From Promethearchaeia archaeon (GTDB taxonomy: Archaea > Asgardarchaeota > Lokiarchaeia > Sigyniarchaeales > SOKP01), in assembly GCA_029856125.1 (NCBI GenBank), contig JAHQWJ010000107.1, forward strand, positions 32,001 through 96,000: a stretch of DNA of 64,000 nt. The letters run 5' to 3'. Positions 1 to 9,519 of this stretch are shown here, in pieces (the first letter of the stretch is position 1; every line of letters begins with the position of its first letter). Position numbers and translations under genes: made by a program. A model generated the notes under the pieces. That model did not search any database. It saw nothing but the letters and a program-made list of their open reading frames with translations, and was not told the origin of the DNA.

Positions 1-1196
1 TGATTCAATTTACTGAGATTTTAGGATTCAGTAGTGTGATGCCCATTATCCCATTTTTAGGGGTATCTTTAGGTTTGAATGAGTTTCAAGTTGGTTTAAT
101 TCTAAGCATTTTTAGCATGTGTCAACTTTTCGCTAGTCCAATCACTGGCAAACTTAGTGATAGATATGGAAGAAAACCGTTGCTTCTATTCAGTCAAACA
201 AGCACACTAATAGGATTTTTTCTCCTTGGAATAGCAAATAATGTCTGGATATTAGTTGCAGCTCGTCTTGTAGACGGTCTTCTTGGAAGCAATATGACCG
301 TTGCACAAGCGTATATTAGTGATGTGACAAATCCAAAATACCGAACTAAAACATTTGGTTATTCAAGCGCGGTTTTTGGTGCTGGTTTAATATTTGGGCC
401 TGTAATTGGTGGAATATTATCAACAATCAACTATTCGGTTCCCATGTTTTTTGCTGCTGGAGTTAGCCTTCTTTCTATAATATTAGTACTATTGTTTTTA
501 CCCGAATCATTAAATAAAGAAGAGAGAGAAAATAAATTGGATTTTAAGTTCGGTGATATAATTCCTATTAAGGAAACTAAACGATTCTTTAAATCTGCCA
601 AAATTCGGGGCACTTTAGTGGTTTTCTTCCTCTATACACTCGCATTTTTTATATTTATTACAACATTTGCTCTTTTTGCCAAAAAACAAATCAATGTTAC
701 TGTCCAAGAGCTTAGTTTTTATATGGCTTGGATTGGAATTCTTAGGGTCATTTTTCAAAGTGTGCTCATCAATCCATTATTGAAGAAGTTAAGTGAAAAT
801 ACAACTCTGAAATTAGGTGTCATTGCTATGATTTTCACAATGACATTTCTGATTTTTGCCAATAACTACTGGATCGTATATATTCCCCTTAGTTTTTTAG
901 CATTTGGATCAGGTGTAATTCGCCCCATTCTTACAAGTAAATTAACAAAAACTGTTAAACGAGAAGAAACTGGAAGTTTAATGGGTGTAAATAACGCGTT
1001 AATCAGTATTGGTCAAATAATAACTCCTATTCTTGGTGGGTTAATCTTAATATTTCTACCTTCCCAAATGCTTCCATTCTTTTCAGCTGTTGTATTCGCG
1101 CTCATATTTCTTGTGTGGCGTTGGGCATTTGTCAAACCATTTCAAAGCGAAAAACAACAATCAGTAGAGTCAAAGGAACAAATTATTAATTTATAA
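1..1196 (+). CDS. MFS transporter, TetA/DHA1-like (5' end probably before the window)
   Basis: Motif A GKLSDRYGRKP and about 12 hydrophobic segments. The frame is open from position 3 to the GTG at 36, so the true start is probably upstream. Confidence 0.85.
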   Translation, partial: IQFTEILGFSSVMPIIPFLGVSLGLNEFQVGLILSIFSMCQLFASPITGKLSDRYGRKPLLLFSQTSTLIGFFLLGIANNVWILVAARLVDGLLGSNMTVAQAYISDVTNPKYRTKTFGYSSAVFGAGLIFGPVIGGILSTINYSVPMFFAAGVSLLSIILVLLFLPESLNKEERENKLDFKFGDIIPIKETKRFFKSAKIRGTLVVFFLYTLAFFIFITTFALFAKKQINVTVQELSFYMAWIGILRVIFQSVLINPLLKKLSENTTLKLGVIAMIFTMTFLIFANNYWIVYIPLSFLAFGSGVIRPILTSKLTKTVKREETGSLMGVNNALISIGQIITPILGGLILIFLPSQMLPFFSAVVFALIFLVWRWAFVKPFQSEKQQSVESKEQIINL

Positions 1197-1271
1197 TTGA
1201 TCTAATTTTAGTTTTCAATTCTCCATAATATCACCATAATATCAAGGTAATATTGGTATATATACATTTAA

Positions 1272-1293
1272 TCGTGAAACTCAGCTTTCACGA
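1272..1293. other. 8-bp inverted repeat (TCGTGAAA-ctcagc-TTTCACGA) next to an A-run; possible terminator or operator
   Basis: Perfect inverted repeat in the intergenic region, followed by an A11 run. Confidence 0.35.
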
Positions 1294-1444
1294 AGAAAAA
1301 AAAAAACTAAGTCAAAACCTACTTTGTCTTATCATTTGAATACTTTTTATAGAACAAATGAGAGAAATTTAAGTAGTTAGAATTCTATGAAATCTTTAAT
1401 AGTATTTAACTACTAAAAAAATATTTCCAAAATGGTCGAAACCT

Positions 1445-2410
1445 ATGGCAATACAAATAACTAAAATGATTATGCACGGCATTCTAAGCGCTGTTCTCTA
1501 CATTGCCTTACCTTTGATTCTCTTTGAAGTAATCTCTATGATGGGCCTTATGACTTTTACTCAAGAGTTTAAAACGACTATCATAATAATAGGGATTATA
1601 GGTGTTGTTTTTTCAATGCTAAGCCACGCATTTCCTAAGGACACATCAGCAAATCGCCTTATAGCATTCGGATCAACTATTTATTCTGGTATATATTTGT
1701 TTTATCTTTTCGGTGGCTTTACGCCGGGAGTTCAATTAGGAAATTATTCAATAAATGTGCCTCCTATTCAAGTACTTCTAGGTTTGCAGGTAATTGCTTG
1801 GTTATTGTTAGGTTCTTCAGGATTAAGAGCGTTAAAGTATTTAATCGAAGCAATTGAGTTACGGAAGAATAAGGAATATCGCGTAAAAAAGAAATTTAAA
1901 CTTAGTAAATTTTTTAAAGTATTAGGGACGATACTCGGGCTAATTATATTTGGGTATCTTGGTAGCATCGCTTACAGCGGGATGAACCTAGGTTTTCATT
2001 TTCATCCCACTTTTGATGTAGATCACGATGCAGGCGTTCTACCTCTTGATCCGATTGATGATACCGTTAACATCACTATTACTTTTGATCTCAACAACCA
2101 AGGATTTTACGCGATTTATGATGTTTATATTGACGCAGAATTTCGTACATTGACTAGCGCGAATGAGTCAGCACTCCCTGTAGGTGTTAAAGTAGGAGGA
2201 GCATCAAATGCCTATTTTAGTACGTTTCATTCCTTCACAAATAATACCAATAATAACATAACGCTTGTAATGGACCCAACTTATATGGTAGGATTAGCTA
2301 CTACAGATGCAACTTTAGCGCTGAAAATCTCATTTGCTACACTTTATGCTGCAATACTCATTAATTTGAATATAACAATAAACGATATCCCATGGACCGC
2401 ATTAATCTAA
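1445..2410 (+). CDS. Hypothetical membrane protein (about 5 TM helices plus a C-terminal beta-rich extracellular domain)
   Basis: 321-aa ORF with a hydrophobic N-terminal half. The C-terminal half is Asn/Thr-rich with N-x-S/T sequons. Confidence 0.65.
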   Translation: MAIQITKMIMHGILSAVLYIALPLILFEVISMMGLMTFTQEFKTTIIIIGIIGVVFSMLSHAFPKDTSANRLIAFGSTIYSGIYLFYLFGGFTPGVQLGNYSINVPPIQVLLGLQVIAWLLLGSSGLRALKYLIEAIELRKNKEYRVKKKFKLSKFFKVLGTILGLIIFGYLGSIAYSGMNLGFHFHPTFDVDHDAGVLPLDPIDDTVNITITFDLNNQGFYAIYDVYIDAEFRTLTSANESALPVGVKVGGASNAYFSTFHSFTNNTNNNITLVMDPTYMVGLATTDATLALKISFATLYAAILINLNITINDIPWTALI

Positions 2411-2521
2411 TTTCTTAAATTTTCTATTTCTTTTTTTTTATTCGTATTACCTCATCAAATCGTATTCTTTCTTAGAGAATTAATATTTTTTAGCCAATCA
2501 CTTTAAATTTGAAATCATTTT

Positions 2522-3040
2522 ATGAATAATATGAACGAAGAACCGCCAAGGCCTAGTGGATTACCAGCGGGTTCTATAGCACCTATCTTTGATACTCAAG
2601 ACATCTACGGAAAAAAAATGAATTTAGAAAGCTTGCTTGAAGAATACGACGGAGTGTTGATTGATTTCTTTAGAGGAAACTGGTGAAGTCATTGCAAAAA
2701 ACATTTAACGCTACTAACCGAAAAAATATCTGAATTTGAGAAAAGGAATATTAAACTTATGTCAATAGCAAGCGATAGCGAAAGACTTTTAAAGAAATTT
2801 AAGGAAGAAAATAATTTTGCTGTTGATATGATCTCTGATCGTGGAGCTAAAATCGCAAAAGAATACGATGTTTACTGGTTTGCTCCCGGTGGAGGAGGAA
2901 CTTTAAATGTTAAACAAGCGGTGCCAAGCAAGTTTCTGATAAACAAGGACAGAAAAATCTTATGGACATACATAGGCAAAGATAAAACCGACAGGCCTTC
3001 TATAAAAATGATGACAGACATCATAGACGAAAAAATTTAG
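2522..3040 (+). CDS. Peroxiredoxin-like (AhpC/TSA, thioredoxin-fold) selenoprotein, UxxC motif
   Basis: ATG at 2522 (or 2531) reads ...GLPAGSIAPIFDTQDIYGKKMNL...LIDFFRGNW-TGA(2684-2686)-SHCKKHL... in frame into the 2759..3040 ORF. The TGA sits at the first Cys of FxRGxWCxxC. A SECIS follows. Confidence 0.9.
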
Positions 3041-3042
3041 TC

Positions 3043-3110
3043 CCCCATAAGAATGAATCGTGAGTGAAAATTTTAGACTCCCGACGACGAACCTAGCAAG
3101 GTTTCATGGG
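3043..3110 (+). promoter_or_regulatory. SECIS element (eukaryote-like, 3'UTR)
   Basis: ATGA 3053-3056, stem TCGTGAGT/ACTCCCGA, loop GAAAATTTTAG, GA 3086-3087, side hairpin AACCT-AGCA-AGGTT, closing helix CCCAT/ATGGG. Begins just after the stop codon. Confidence 0.85.
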
Positions 3111-3145
3111 TTTTTATTTTTTAGAAAAAAAAAGATAAGAAGTAA

Positions 3146-3958
3146 TTAGTAAGTATAAAATCCTTTCTTCGTTTTTTGTCCAAGAACGCCACTATCAACT
3201 AGATCTTTTAAAGCTTGAGGAGGTTTATCATCTTCTAGACCACTATTTTTATAGTAGGACATTTCAATATGATAAACCACGTCCAACCCGATTTGATCCA
3301 TAAATTCGAAGGGACTTAAACCCATATTCACGAATATTTTCCACGCTTTATCAACTTCTTCTAAATCAGCAAATCCCCCTGCCCAGATTTTCAAGCATTC
3401 TTTCTTAATAGCACGCCATACTCTATTAAACACAAACCCATAGCATTCCTTTTTAACTATTAGAGGTGTTATGTCAATATTCTCAACCCATTTTTTACCT
3501 TTTTCGAAAGTCTCATCGCTGGTTTTGGTCCCTCTCATGATGTCTGCCATTGGCATAGTAAAAAGGTCATAAAAATGGATATTTAACAATTTGTCTTTTC
3601 GAGTTACCACATCCTCTAATTTAGAGACTGGTATTGAGGAACTATTCGTCGCAATAATAGCATTAGGTTGAGCTGCTTCGTCAATTAGCTTAAAGATTTC
3701 TCTTTTTAATTCTAATAATTCTGGAACTGCTTCGATAATTAAGTCTGCGTCTTTTACAGCGTCTTCAATGGTTTCATGTGAAGTTATTTCTTCTGGTGTT
3801 TTTTTCATTTTCTTTAATTTTTTAGAGAATTTTTCTAAATCTTCTACATTTGTATCGTAAAGACGTATTGTATATTCTTTTAATGCTGTCTTCTCAGCTA
3901 TTTGTTTACCTAAATAGCCAGTGCCTATTATAGAAATAATTTTTATACCTTCGCTCAT
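3146..3958 (-). CDS. 3-hydroxyacyl-CoA dehydrogenase family protein
   Basis: GTGYLG Rossmann motif, EAVPE..K, ATNSSS, HF, GFVFNR, D.IGLD, LG.KT.KGFY. Confidence 0.9.
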   Translation of the reverse strand: MSEGIKIISIIGTGYLGKQIAEKTALKEYTIRLYDTNVEDLEKFSKKLKKMKKTPEEITSHETIEDAVKDADLIIEAVPELLELKREIFKLIDEAAQPNAIIATNSSSIPVSKLEDVVTRKDKLLNIHFYDLFTMPMADIMRGTKTSDETFEKGKKWVENIDITPLIVKKECYGFVFNRVWRAIKKECLKIWAGGFADLEEVDKAWKIFVNMGLSPFEFMDQIGLDVVYHIEMSYYKNSGLEDDKPPQALKDLVDSGVLGQKTKKGFYTY

Positions 3959-4051
3959 TGATAATCATTATTTAAATTTATTTTGATAATTTTATTTTGA
4001 ACGAGATCATATAATAATTTAATTAAACTAAAATTGAACTTGTGATTTAGA

Positions 4052-4999
4052 TTGATAGAAATACACGATTTGGAAAGTATCTTAATAATTGGAGCAGGTA
4101 CTATGGGACATTCAATAGCCCAAGTATACGCTCAAGCTGGTTTTGAAGTAGATCTCGTCGATACAGATAAAAAGAAACTTGATCACGCTCTAAAATTAAT
4201 TAAAGCAAACCTTGATGTTTTAGCAGAATTTAATAGGGTAAAAATGGAAGAGATTCCTTCAATTATCTCAAGGATTCACCCTAAAACTAACATTAAAGAG
4301 GCTGCAAGCGACAAACTTTTTGTATTGGAAGCAGTAAATGAAGTTGTAGAACTAAAAAAGAAAATTTTTGACCAATTATCCGAATTTTGTCCTGAGAATG
4401 CAATTCTCGCAAGTAATACCTCCTCTTTAGATATCTTTCAAATTACTAGAGGTGTAAAAAATAGAAGTCGAGTAATAGCTCATCATTGGTTTTCGCCACC
4501 GCATATAATCCCAGTTGTAGAAGTAGTACCAGGTAGAAAAACATCCCAAGAAGTTGTAGATTTTTCTGTTAATTTAATTCAAAAAATAGGAAAAAAACCA
4601 ATTATAATTAAGAAATTTATTCCCTCATATATAGTAAACCGTATTCAAAATGCATTATATAGCGCTATGTATGAATTATTAGCTAGGAAAATAGCAACAC
4701 CAGAACAAATTGATCTTGCGATTAAATCGACTTTAGGTATTAGATTACCAATTGTGGGTATTGCACAATCTCAAGACTTTACTGGACTTGATTTAGTATT
4801 AGATATTATAAAATCTAAAGGAGGAACCTTAGGTTTAATCCAAGATAAAGTAGATAAAAATCATCTTGGAGCTAAAACTGGGAAAGGGTTTTACGATTAT
4901 TATGGAAAAAGCGAGGAAGAGATATTGAAAAAGCGAGACAGACTTTATTTGCGCCAACTTGAATTTCTTGACAAATTAACTTCTTTTAAACGTATTTAA
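4052..4999 (+). CDS. 3-hydroxyacyl-CoA dehydrogenase family protein
   Basis: GAGTMG, EAVNE..K, ASNTSS, HWFSPP, YIVNR, LGAKTGKGFY. Confidence 0.9.
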   Translation: MIEIHDLESILIIGAGTMGHSIAQVYAQAGFEVDLVDTDKKKLDHALKLIKANLDVLAEFNRVKMEEIPSIISRIHPKTNIKEAASDKLFVLEAVNEVVELKKKIFDQLSEFCPENAILASNTSSLDIFQITRGVKNRSRVIAHHWFSPPHIIPVVEVVPGRKTSQEVVDFSVNLIQKIGKKPIIIKKFIPSYIVNRIQNALYSAMYELLARKIATPEQIDLAIKSTLGIRLPIVGIAQSQDFTGLDLVLDIIKSKGGTLGLIQDKVDKNHLGAKTGKGFYDYYGKSEEEILKKRDRLYLRQLEFLDKLTSFKRI

Positions 5000-5203
5000 T
5001 ATCTTGTTTAAGTAGCTGTTAGTTTTAATGAATCCTCGAAAAAATTTCGATAAATAACCCTCTACAAATATGTCTAATTGCTCCATAAGTATATATTCAA
5101 GTTTATATCCAATAAATTATAATCAAAAAGATACAAAAATTTATTTTGAAAATCTAATTTTGAACTAAAGAAAATATGAACTCTTCAAGGAGTTTAGATT
5201 AAA

Positions 5204-6496
5204 ATGGTGGAAAAAAAATTAGCTTGGTATGAAGCGACAATAATTAAAGATATGATGGGATTAATGGGTGGCAGAGCTTTAAGAGGAGGTATGTCAACCT
5301 ATATATCATCTAAAATCTATCAAGGAAAAGCATCATTACTTCGAGTAGCTAACTTGTTAGAGGCAACAATAGATCTAGAAGAAAGACGAGCGCTGATCAT
5401 AACGGATTCTTTTACTCAAAAATTTACCAAATATATAACAAAATACCTTGATAATATCAAAATGGAATATAAAATATGGTCTGGTGCAGAGCCAGAAGTA
5501 CCTATTTCGACTATTTACGAAGGAGCTAAGATTTGCGAGGAATTTAAACCACAAGTGTTAATTGCGATAGGAGGCGGTAGTGTAATGGATACAACAAAGA
5601 TGGTAATGGTCATATATGAAAAACCGGAAGTAAACCTTTTCATGATATTACCTTATTTTGGCTGTGTAGGATTACGAAAGAAATTCAAATATTTTATAGC
5701 GATCCCCACAACATCTGGGACTGGTTCAGAGGTAACTCAAGTTGCTGTAATTACTGACACTGATCGAGACCCTCCAAAAAAGCTTGAAGTGCTAAGCGAT
5801 GAGTTGGCTGCAGACATTACAATATTATTTACGGATTTTGTGAAGGATATGCCTCCATTTCTGACTATGGCTACAGGTTTGGATGCTTTTTCTCATGCTA
5901 TTGGAAGTTTTGTATCGAATTGGGGTAGCCCATATGTAGATGCAATGAATTCAACTGCGATAAAAGAAATACTAAAATACCTACCGCGCGCATATAAATA
6001 CGGTGCGAAAGATATCGAAGCGAGGGAACACATGCAGATGGCTTCGCTGATGGCGGGAGTAGGATTTGGCAATACCGCACCCGGAATAGACCATTCGTTA
6101 GGACATAGTTTTGGCAAAATTTTCAATGTTCATCATGGGCTTAGTGTAGGCTTATTCACGGTTTATTCCATTGCATTTCAAGCAAAAATAACTGACCGGT
6201 GGAAATTATTGTGTCCTATTTTCAATATACAAGAAGAAAACAAGAGTCGAAAAGAATTACTTACTGAATTTCTTCAAGCTGTACGAGATTTTATTGTATC
6301 TCTTGACGCACCAATACGCGTAAAAGATATGAAGGATCCTGTAATTACTCAAGAAGAATACAATGACAAACTTGATTTATTAACTAACTATGCTGCTGAC
6401 GATGCTGTGGCTCTGACCTCTTTTCGAACGATGAGTGAAAAACTATTCAAGACCATTTTTGAATATGCCTGGGATGGGCAAGATATAGATTTTTGA
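5204..6496 (+). CDS. Iron-containing alcohol dehydrogenase
   Basis: GGGSVMD, PTTSGTGSEVT, DAFSHA, HSLGH and HHG metal ligands. Confidence 0.9.
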   Translation: MVEKKLAWYEATIIKDMMGLMGGRALRGGMSTYISSKIYQGKASLLRVANLLEATIDLEERRALIITDSFTQKFTKYITKYLDNIKMEYKIWSGAEPEVPISTIYEGAKICEEFKPQVLIAIGGGSVMDTTKMVMVIYEKPEVNLFMILPYFGCVGLRKKFKYFIAIPTTSGTGSEVTQVAVITDTDRDPPKKLEVLSDELAADITILFTDFVKDMPPFLTMATGLDAFSHAIGSFVSNWGSPYVDAMNSTAIKEILKYLPRAYKYGAKDIEAREHMQMASLMAGVGFGNTAPGIDHSLGHSFGKIFNVHHGLSVGLFTVYSIAFQAKITDRWKLLCPIFNIQEENKSRKELLTEFLQAVRDFIVSLDAPIRVKDMKDPVITQEEYNDKLDLLTNYAADDAVALTSFRTMSEKLFKTIFEYAWDGQDIDF

Positions 6497-6505
6497 GGGA
6501 AAAAA

Positions 6506-8383
6506 ATGAGTGAAAATTTAATTGGATATAATGGAAAAATAGCATATGTTAACTTAACTGACGAAAAAGTTGATGTTAAAGAGTTAGATCCTCAAATTGC
6601 GAAAGATTACCTTGGAGGTACGGGTTTGAGCGCTAAAATAACATACGATCTGTTATCGGAAACCGATTACGGAACTTTAAAAAACGATCCTTATTCTGAG
6701 ATAAATCCTTTAATATTTGCTACCGGACCAGTTACAGGAACGACTCGGCCATCTTCAGGAAGATATTCAGTAACAGCAATCTCACCTCTCACAGGAATTT
6801 GGGGGGAAGGCACTTCTGGAGGTTATTTCCCAATTTCTCTACGAAATAGCGGTTTTGATGCGATAGTGATTACCGGAAAATCTAAAAAACCTACCTATCT
6901 CTACATTCACGACGAAATCATTGAATTTAAGGATGCTATTACTATTTGGGGAAAAGATACTTACGAAAGTCAATCAATTTTGAAATCAGAACTTAATAAC
7001 GATAAAGCTCGGATTGCTACGATAGGAATCGCTGGTGAAAATCTCGTGAAATACGCGGGAATCATTAACGACGAAGGACGCGCTATAGGACGATCTGGTA
7101 TGGGCGCCATTATGGGGTCAAAAAACTTGAAAGCATTAGCAATTCACGGAACTAAAAGAGTTCAAATCGCAGACAATGCTGTAGGCAAAGAATTGTTAAA
7201 GCAAGAAGAGGATGTTAAACGCAAAGACCTACTTAAAACATTGGTCCCATTTCTTTTCACGCTGTATGGGACGAATTGTTATCTAGATATGGGAATGGCT
7301 CTGGGCGATACTCCCGGTTATTATTTCACTAGAAACGAGTTCTTTGCCGATAAACTTACGGGAAAAACGTTACGAGAAGAATACCCCGTTTTAGATTATG
7401 GTTGTGCCGGATGTACTATGAGGTGTGGTAAGACAACTATTATAGAGAACAATGGTAAAGAGATTAAAGTAGATGGTCCGGAATACGAATCAGTAGCTGC
7501 TTTTGGACCATTATGCGGCGTCTTTGATTCTAAGAAAGTAATCCTTTCCAATCACATGTGCAATGTCTATGGTTTTGATACAATTTCAAGTGGAGTTTCG
7601 ATCGCTTTCTTAATTTATTTAGTAGAAAACAACCTAGGGATTGAGAACATTAAGCAACACTTAAAGGATATTAATATTGGAGACATAAAATGGGGAAACG
7701 GAGATGTAGTGTTAAAATTACTTGATAAAATTGCGATCAGAGAGGATATAGGTAAAATTCTCGCAGATGGAGTAAAAGCAATGGCAAAAGAGCTTAATGT
7801 GGATCCTGAGCTAGCAGCCCACGTAAAAGGTTTAGAGATACCAATGCACGATCCAAGAGCATTTTCCGGACAAGCATTGAGCTATATGACCTGTTATATG
7901 GGCGCTAACCACGAAAAGTGCGATTGGTTTGGTGCGGAATTATTGCTCTTTAAATATCCGAAAATCAGAGTAAAATCGGGAGATAGAGTTGCAATCAGAG
8001 GTAGAGAAAAAGGGGTTATATCCTTACAAGATTTAAGAGCAATTGATGACTCCGCCACTAATTGTAATTTCATAAACCCCCCACTCGACCACATTATCAA
8101 ATTTATCAACGCATCTACAGACTTTAACTATAGCAAAAAATCCTTAATGCTTGTTGGAGAACGAATAAATACTCTTAAAAGGCTCATAAGTTGTAAACTA
8201 GGAACAACCAGGCAAGATGACCGATTACCAAAACATGTTCTCAAGGAATTAAAATCGGGTAAAACAGGGGGCGTAAAATTAGACTTAGAAGGGAGTTTAG
8301 AAACATATTATAAAATTCGTGGATGGGCTTGGGAGACTGGTTGGCCATCAAAAGAAAAACTCGAAGAACTAAATATACAATAA
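6506..8383 (+). CDS. Aldehyde:ferredoxin oxidoreductase family (W-pterin)
   Basis: SPLTG, GR.GMGA.MGSKNLKA, CxxCxxxC, GPEYE, DTISSG, KGLE.P.HDPR, YY..RGW. Confidence 0.92.
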   Translation: MSENLIGYNGKIAYVNLTDEKVDVKELDPQIAKDYLGGTGLSAKITYDLLSETDYGTLKNDPYSEINPLIFATGPVTGTTRPSSGRYSVTAISPLTGIWGEGTSGGYFPISLRNSGFDAIVITGKSKKPTYLYIHDEIIEFKDAITIWGKDTYESQSILKSELNNDKARIATIGIAGENLVKYAGIINDEGRAIGRSGMGAIMGSKNLKALAIHGTKRVQIADNAVGKELLKQEEDVKRKDLLKTLVPFLFTLYGTNCYLDMGMALGDTPGYYFTRNEFFADKLTGKTLREEYPVLDYGCAGCTMRCGKTTIIENNGKEIKVDGPEYESVAAFGPLCGVFDSKKVILSNHMCNVYGFDTISSGVSIAFLIYLVENNLGIENIKQHLKDINIGDIKWGNGDVVLKLLDKIAIREDIGKILADGVKAMAKELNVDPELAAHVKGLEIPMHDPRAFSGQALSYMTCYMGANHEKCDWFGAELLLFKYPKIRVKSGDRVAIRGREKGVISLQDLRAIDDSATNCNFINPPLDHIIKFINASTDFNYSKKSLMLVGERINTLKRLISCKLGTTRQDDRLPKHVLKELKSGKTGGVKLDLEGSLETYYKIRGWAWETGWPSKEKLEELNIQ

Positions 8384-8452
8384 TTTATTTTTTTTTATGG
8401 TTAAATTAAAAATAACCCCTCATAGCAAATATCTAAATAAAATTATTTCTTT

Positions 8453-9436
8453 TCAATCTCTATTTTGATAAGTAATTTCTTCTAAAGCTTCTAAAAAATA
8501 ATCGTTTTCTTTTCTAGTTCCTATTGTAACCCGAAAATATTCTGAACCAAGTTGTTTTGATACGTCGAGTACCAATACTCCTTGCTCGATTAATTTTTTT
8601 GAAATGTTAGGTATTTTTGTTTTCATTAATAAAAAATTCGAATAACTTTTAAAAACTGAGATATCTAATTTTAAAGCAACACTTCTAATTCGATTTTTTT
8701 CTTTTTCGACTATTTTAATATATTCTATTGCATAGTTTTTATTTTTCAAGGCACTTATGCCAGCTACTACGCTTGGATAAGGGAGCATTGTATTAATTCC
8801 GAGAAACCTCTTTTGGATAGTCTCTCCTCCAATTATATATCCTATTCCTAGCCCAGACAATCCAAACCCCTTACTTAATGTTCTTAAAATAGCTAGATTA
8901 GGGTGATCTGCGATTAAATTAGCATATGTTACATTTGAAAATTCAAAATAAGCTTCGTCTACTAAAAAAATGTTGTTTTCATTTTCTAAAATCAACTTTA
9001 CTTCATTTTTATCTAAAATTATATTTCCAGTTGGATTGTTAGGGTTATCTAAAATAATTAATGTTGGTTTTTTTAACTCATCAATTAGCGGTACAATTGA
9101 AAATTTAAATTCAGGTTCTTTTAATCTTATCTTTAAAATTGAAGAATAGGTCTTTCGACAGGTCGCGTTAATTAAAAAAAATGACGGATCAGCGAGAATA
9201 ATTTGTCTATTTTTCGAAAAAAGATAAATAAATTCTTTAAGCAAGATATCAGATGCGGAACTAAGAATAATTGAATCTTTAGGAGAGTTCGTATAAATAT
9301 TTAATAAGGATAATAATTCGTCTGCTTTACTTTGAGGAGTATATCGATTTAAGAATCCTATGCTTTTTTTGATAGGATCGGTAATCGCTCTTGGGAGCTT
9401 TATAGACATTTCGTTTCGATCCAATCTAATTAACAT
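8453..9436 (-). CDS. PLP-dependent class I/II aminotransferase (HisC/CobD-like)
   Basis: LDRNE, NPNNPTG, DEAY, RTLSKGFGL, RVTIG. Confidence 0.8.
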   Translation of the reverse strand: MLIRLDRNEMSIKLPRAITDPIKKSIGFLNRYTPQSKADELLSLLNIYTNSPKDSIILSSASDILLKEFIYLFSKNRQIILADPSFFLINATCRKTYSSILKIRLKEPEFKFSIVPLIDELKKPTLIILDNPNNPTGNIILDKNEVKLILENENNIFLVDEAYFEFSNVTYANLIADHPNLAILRTLSKGFGLSGLGIGYIIGGETIQKRFLGINTMLPYPSVVAGISALKNKNYAIEYIKIVEKEKNRIRSVALKLDISVFKSYSNFLLMKTKIPNISKKLIEQGVLVLDVSKQLGSEYFRVTIGTRKENDYFLEALEEITYQNRD

Positions 9437-9519
9437 TTTTTAATCCCTAATATATTAAAATTGCTTTTATTATTCGTTTACCCTCTTCTAATATATGAAA
9501 TATACTAAAAATTAAATGC

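Noticed and set aside
1223-1244. Direct repeat CCATAATATCA x2
   Set aside because: Only two adjacent AT-rich copies with no spacers; not a CRISPR array.
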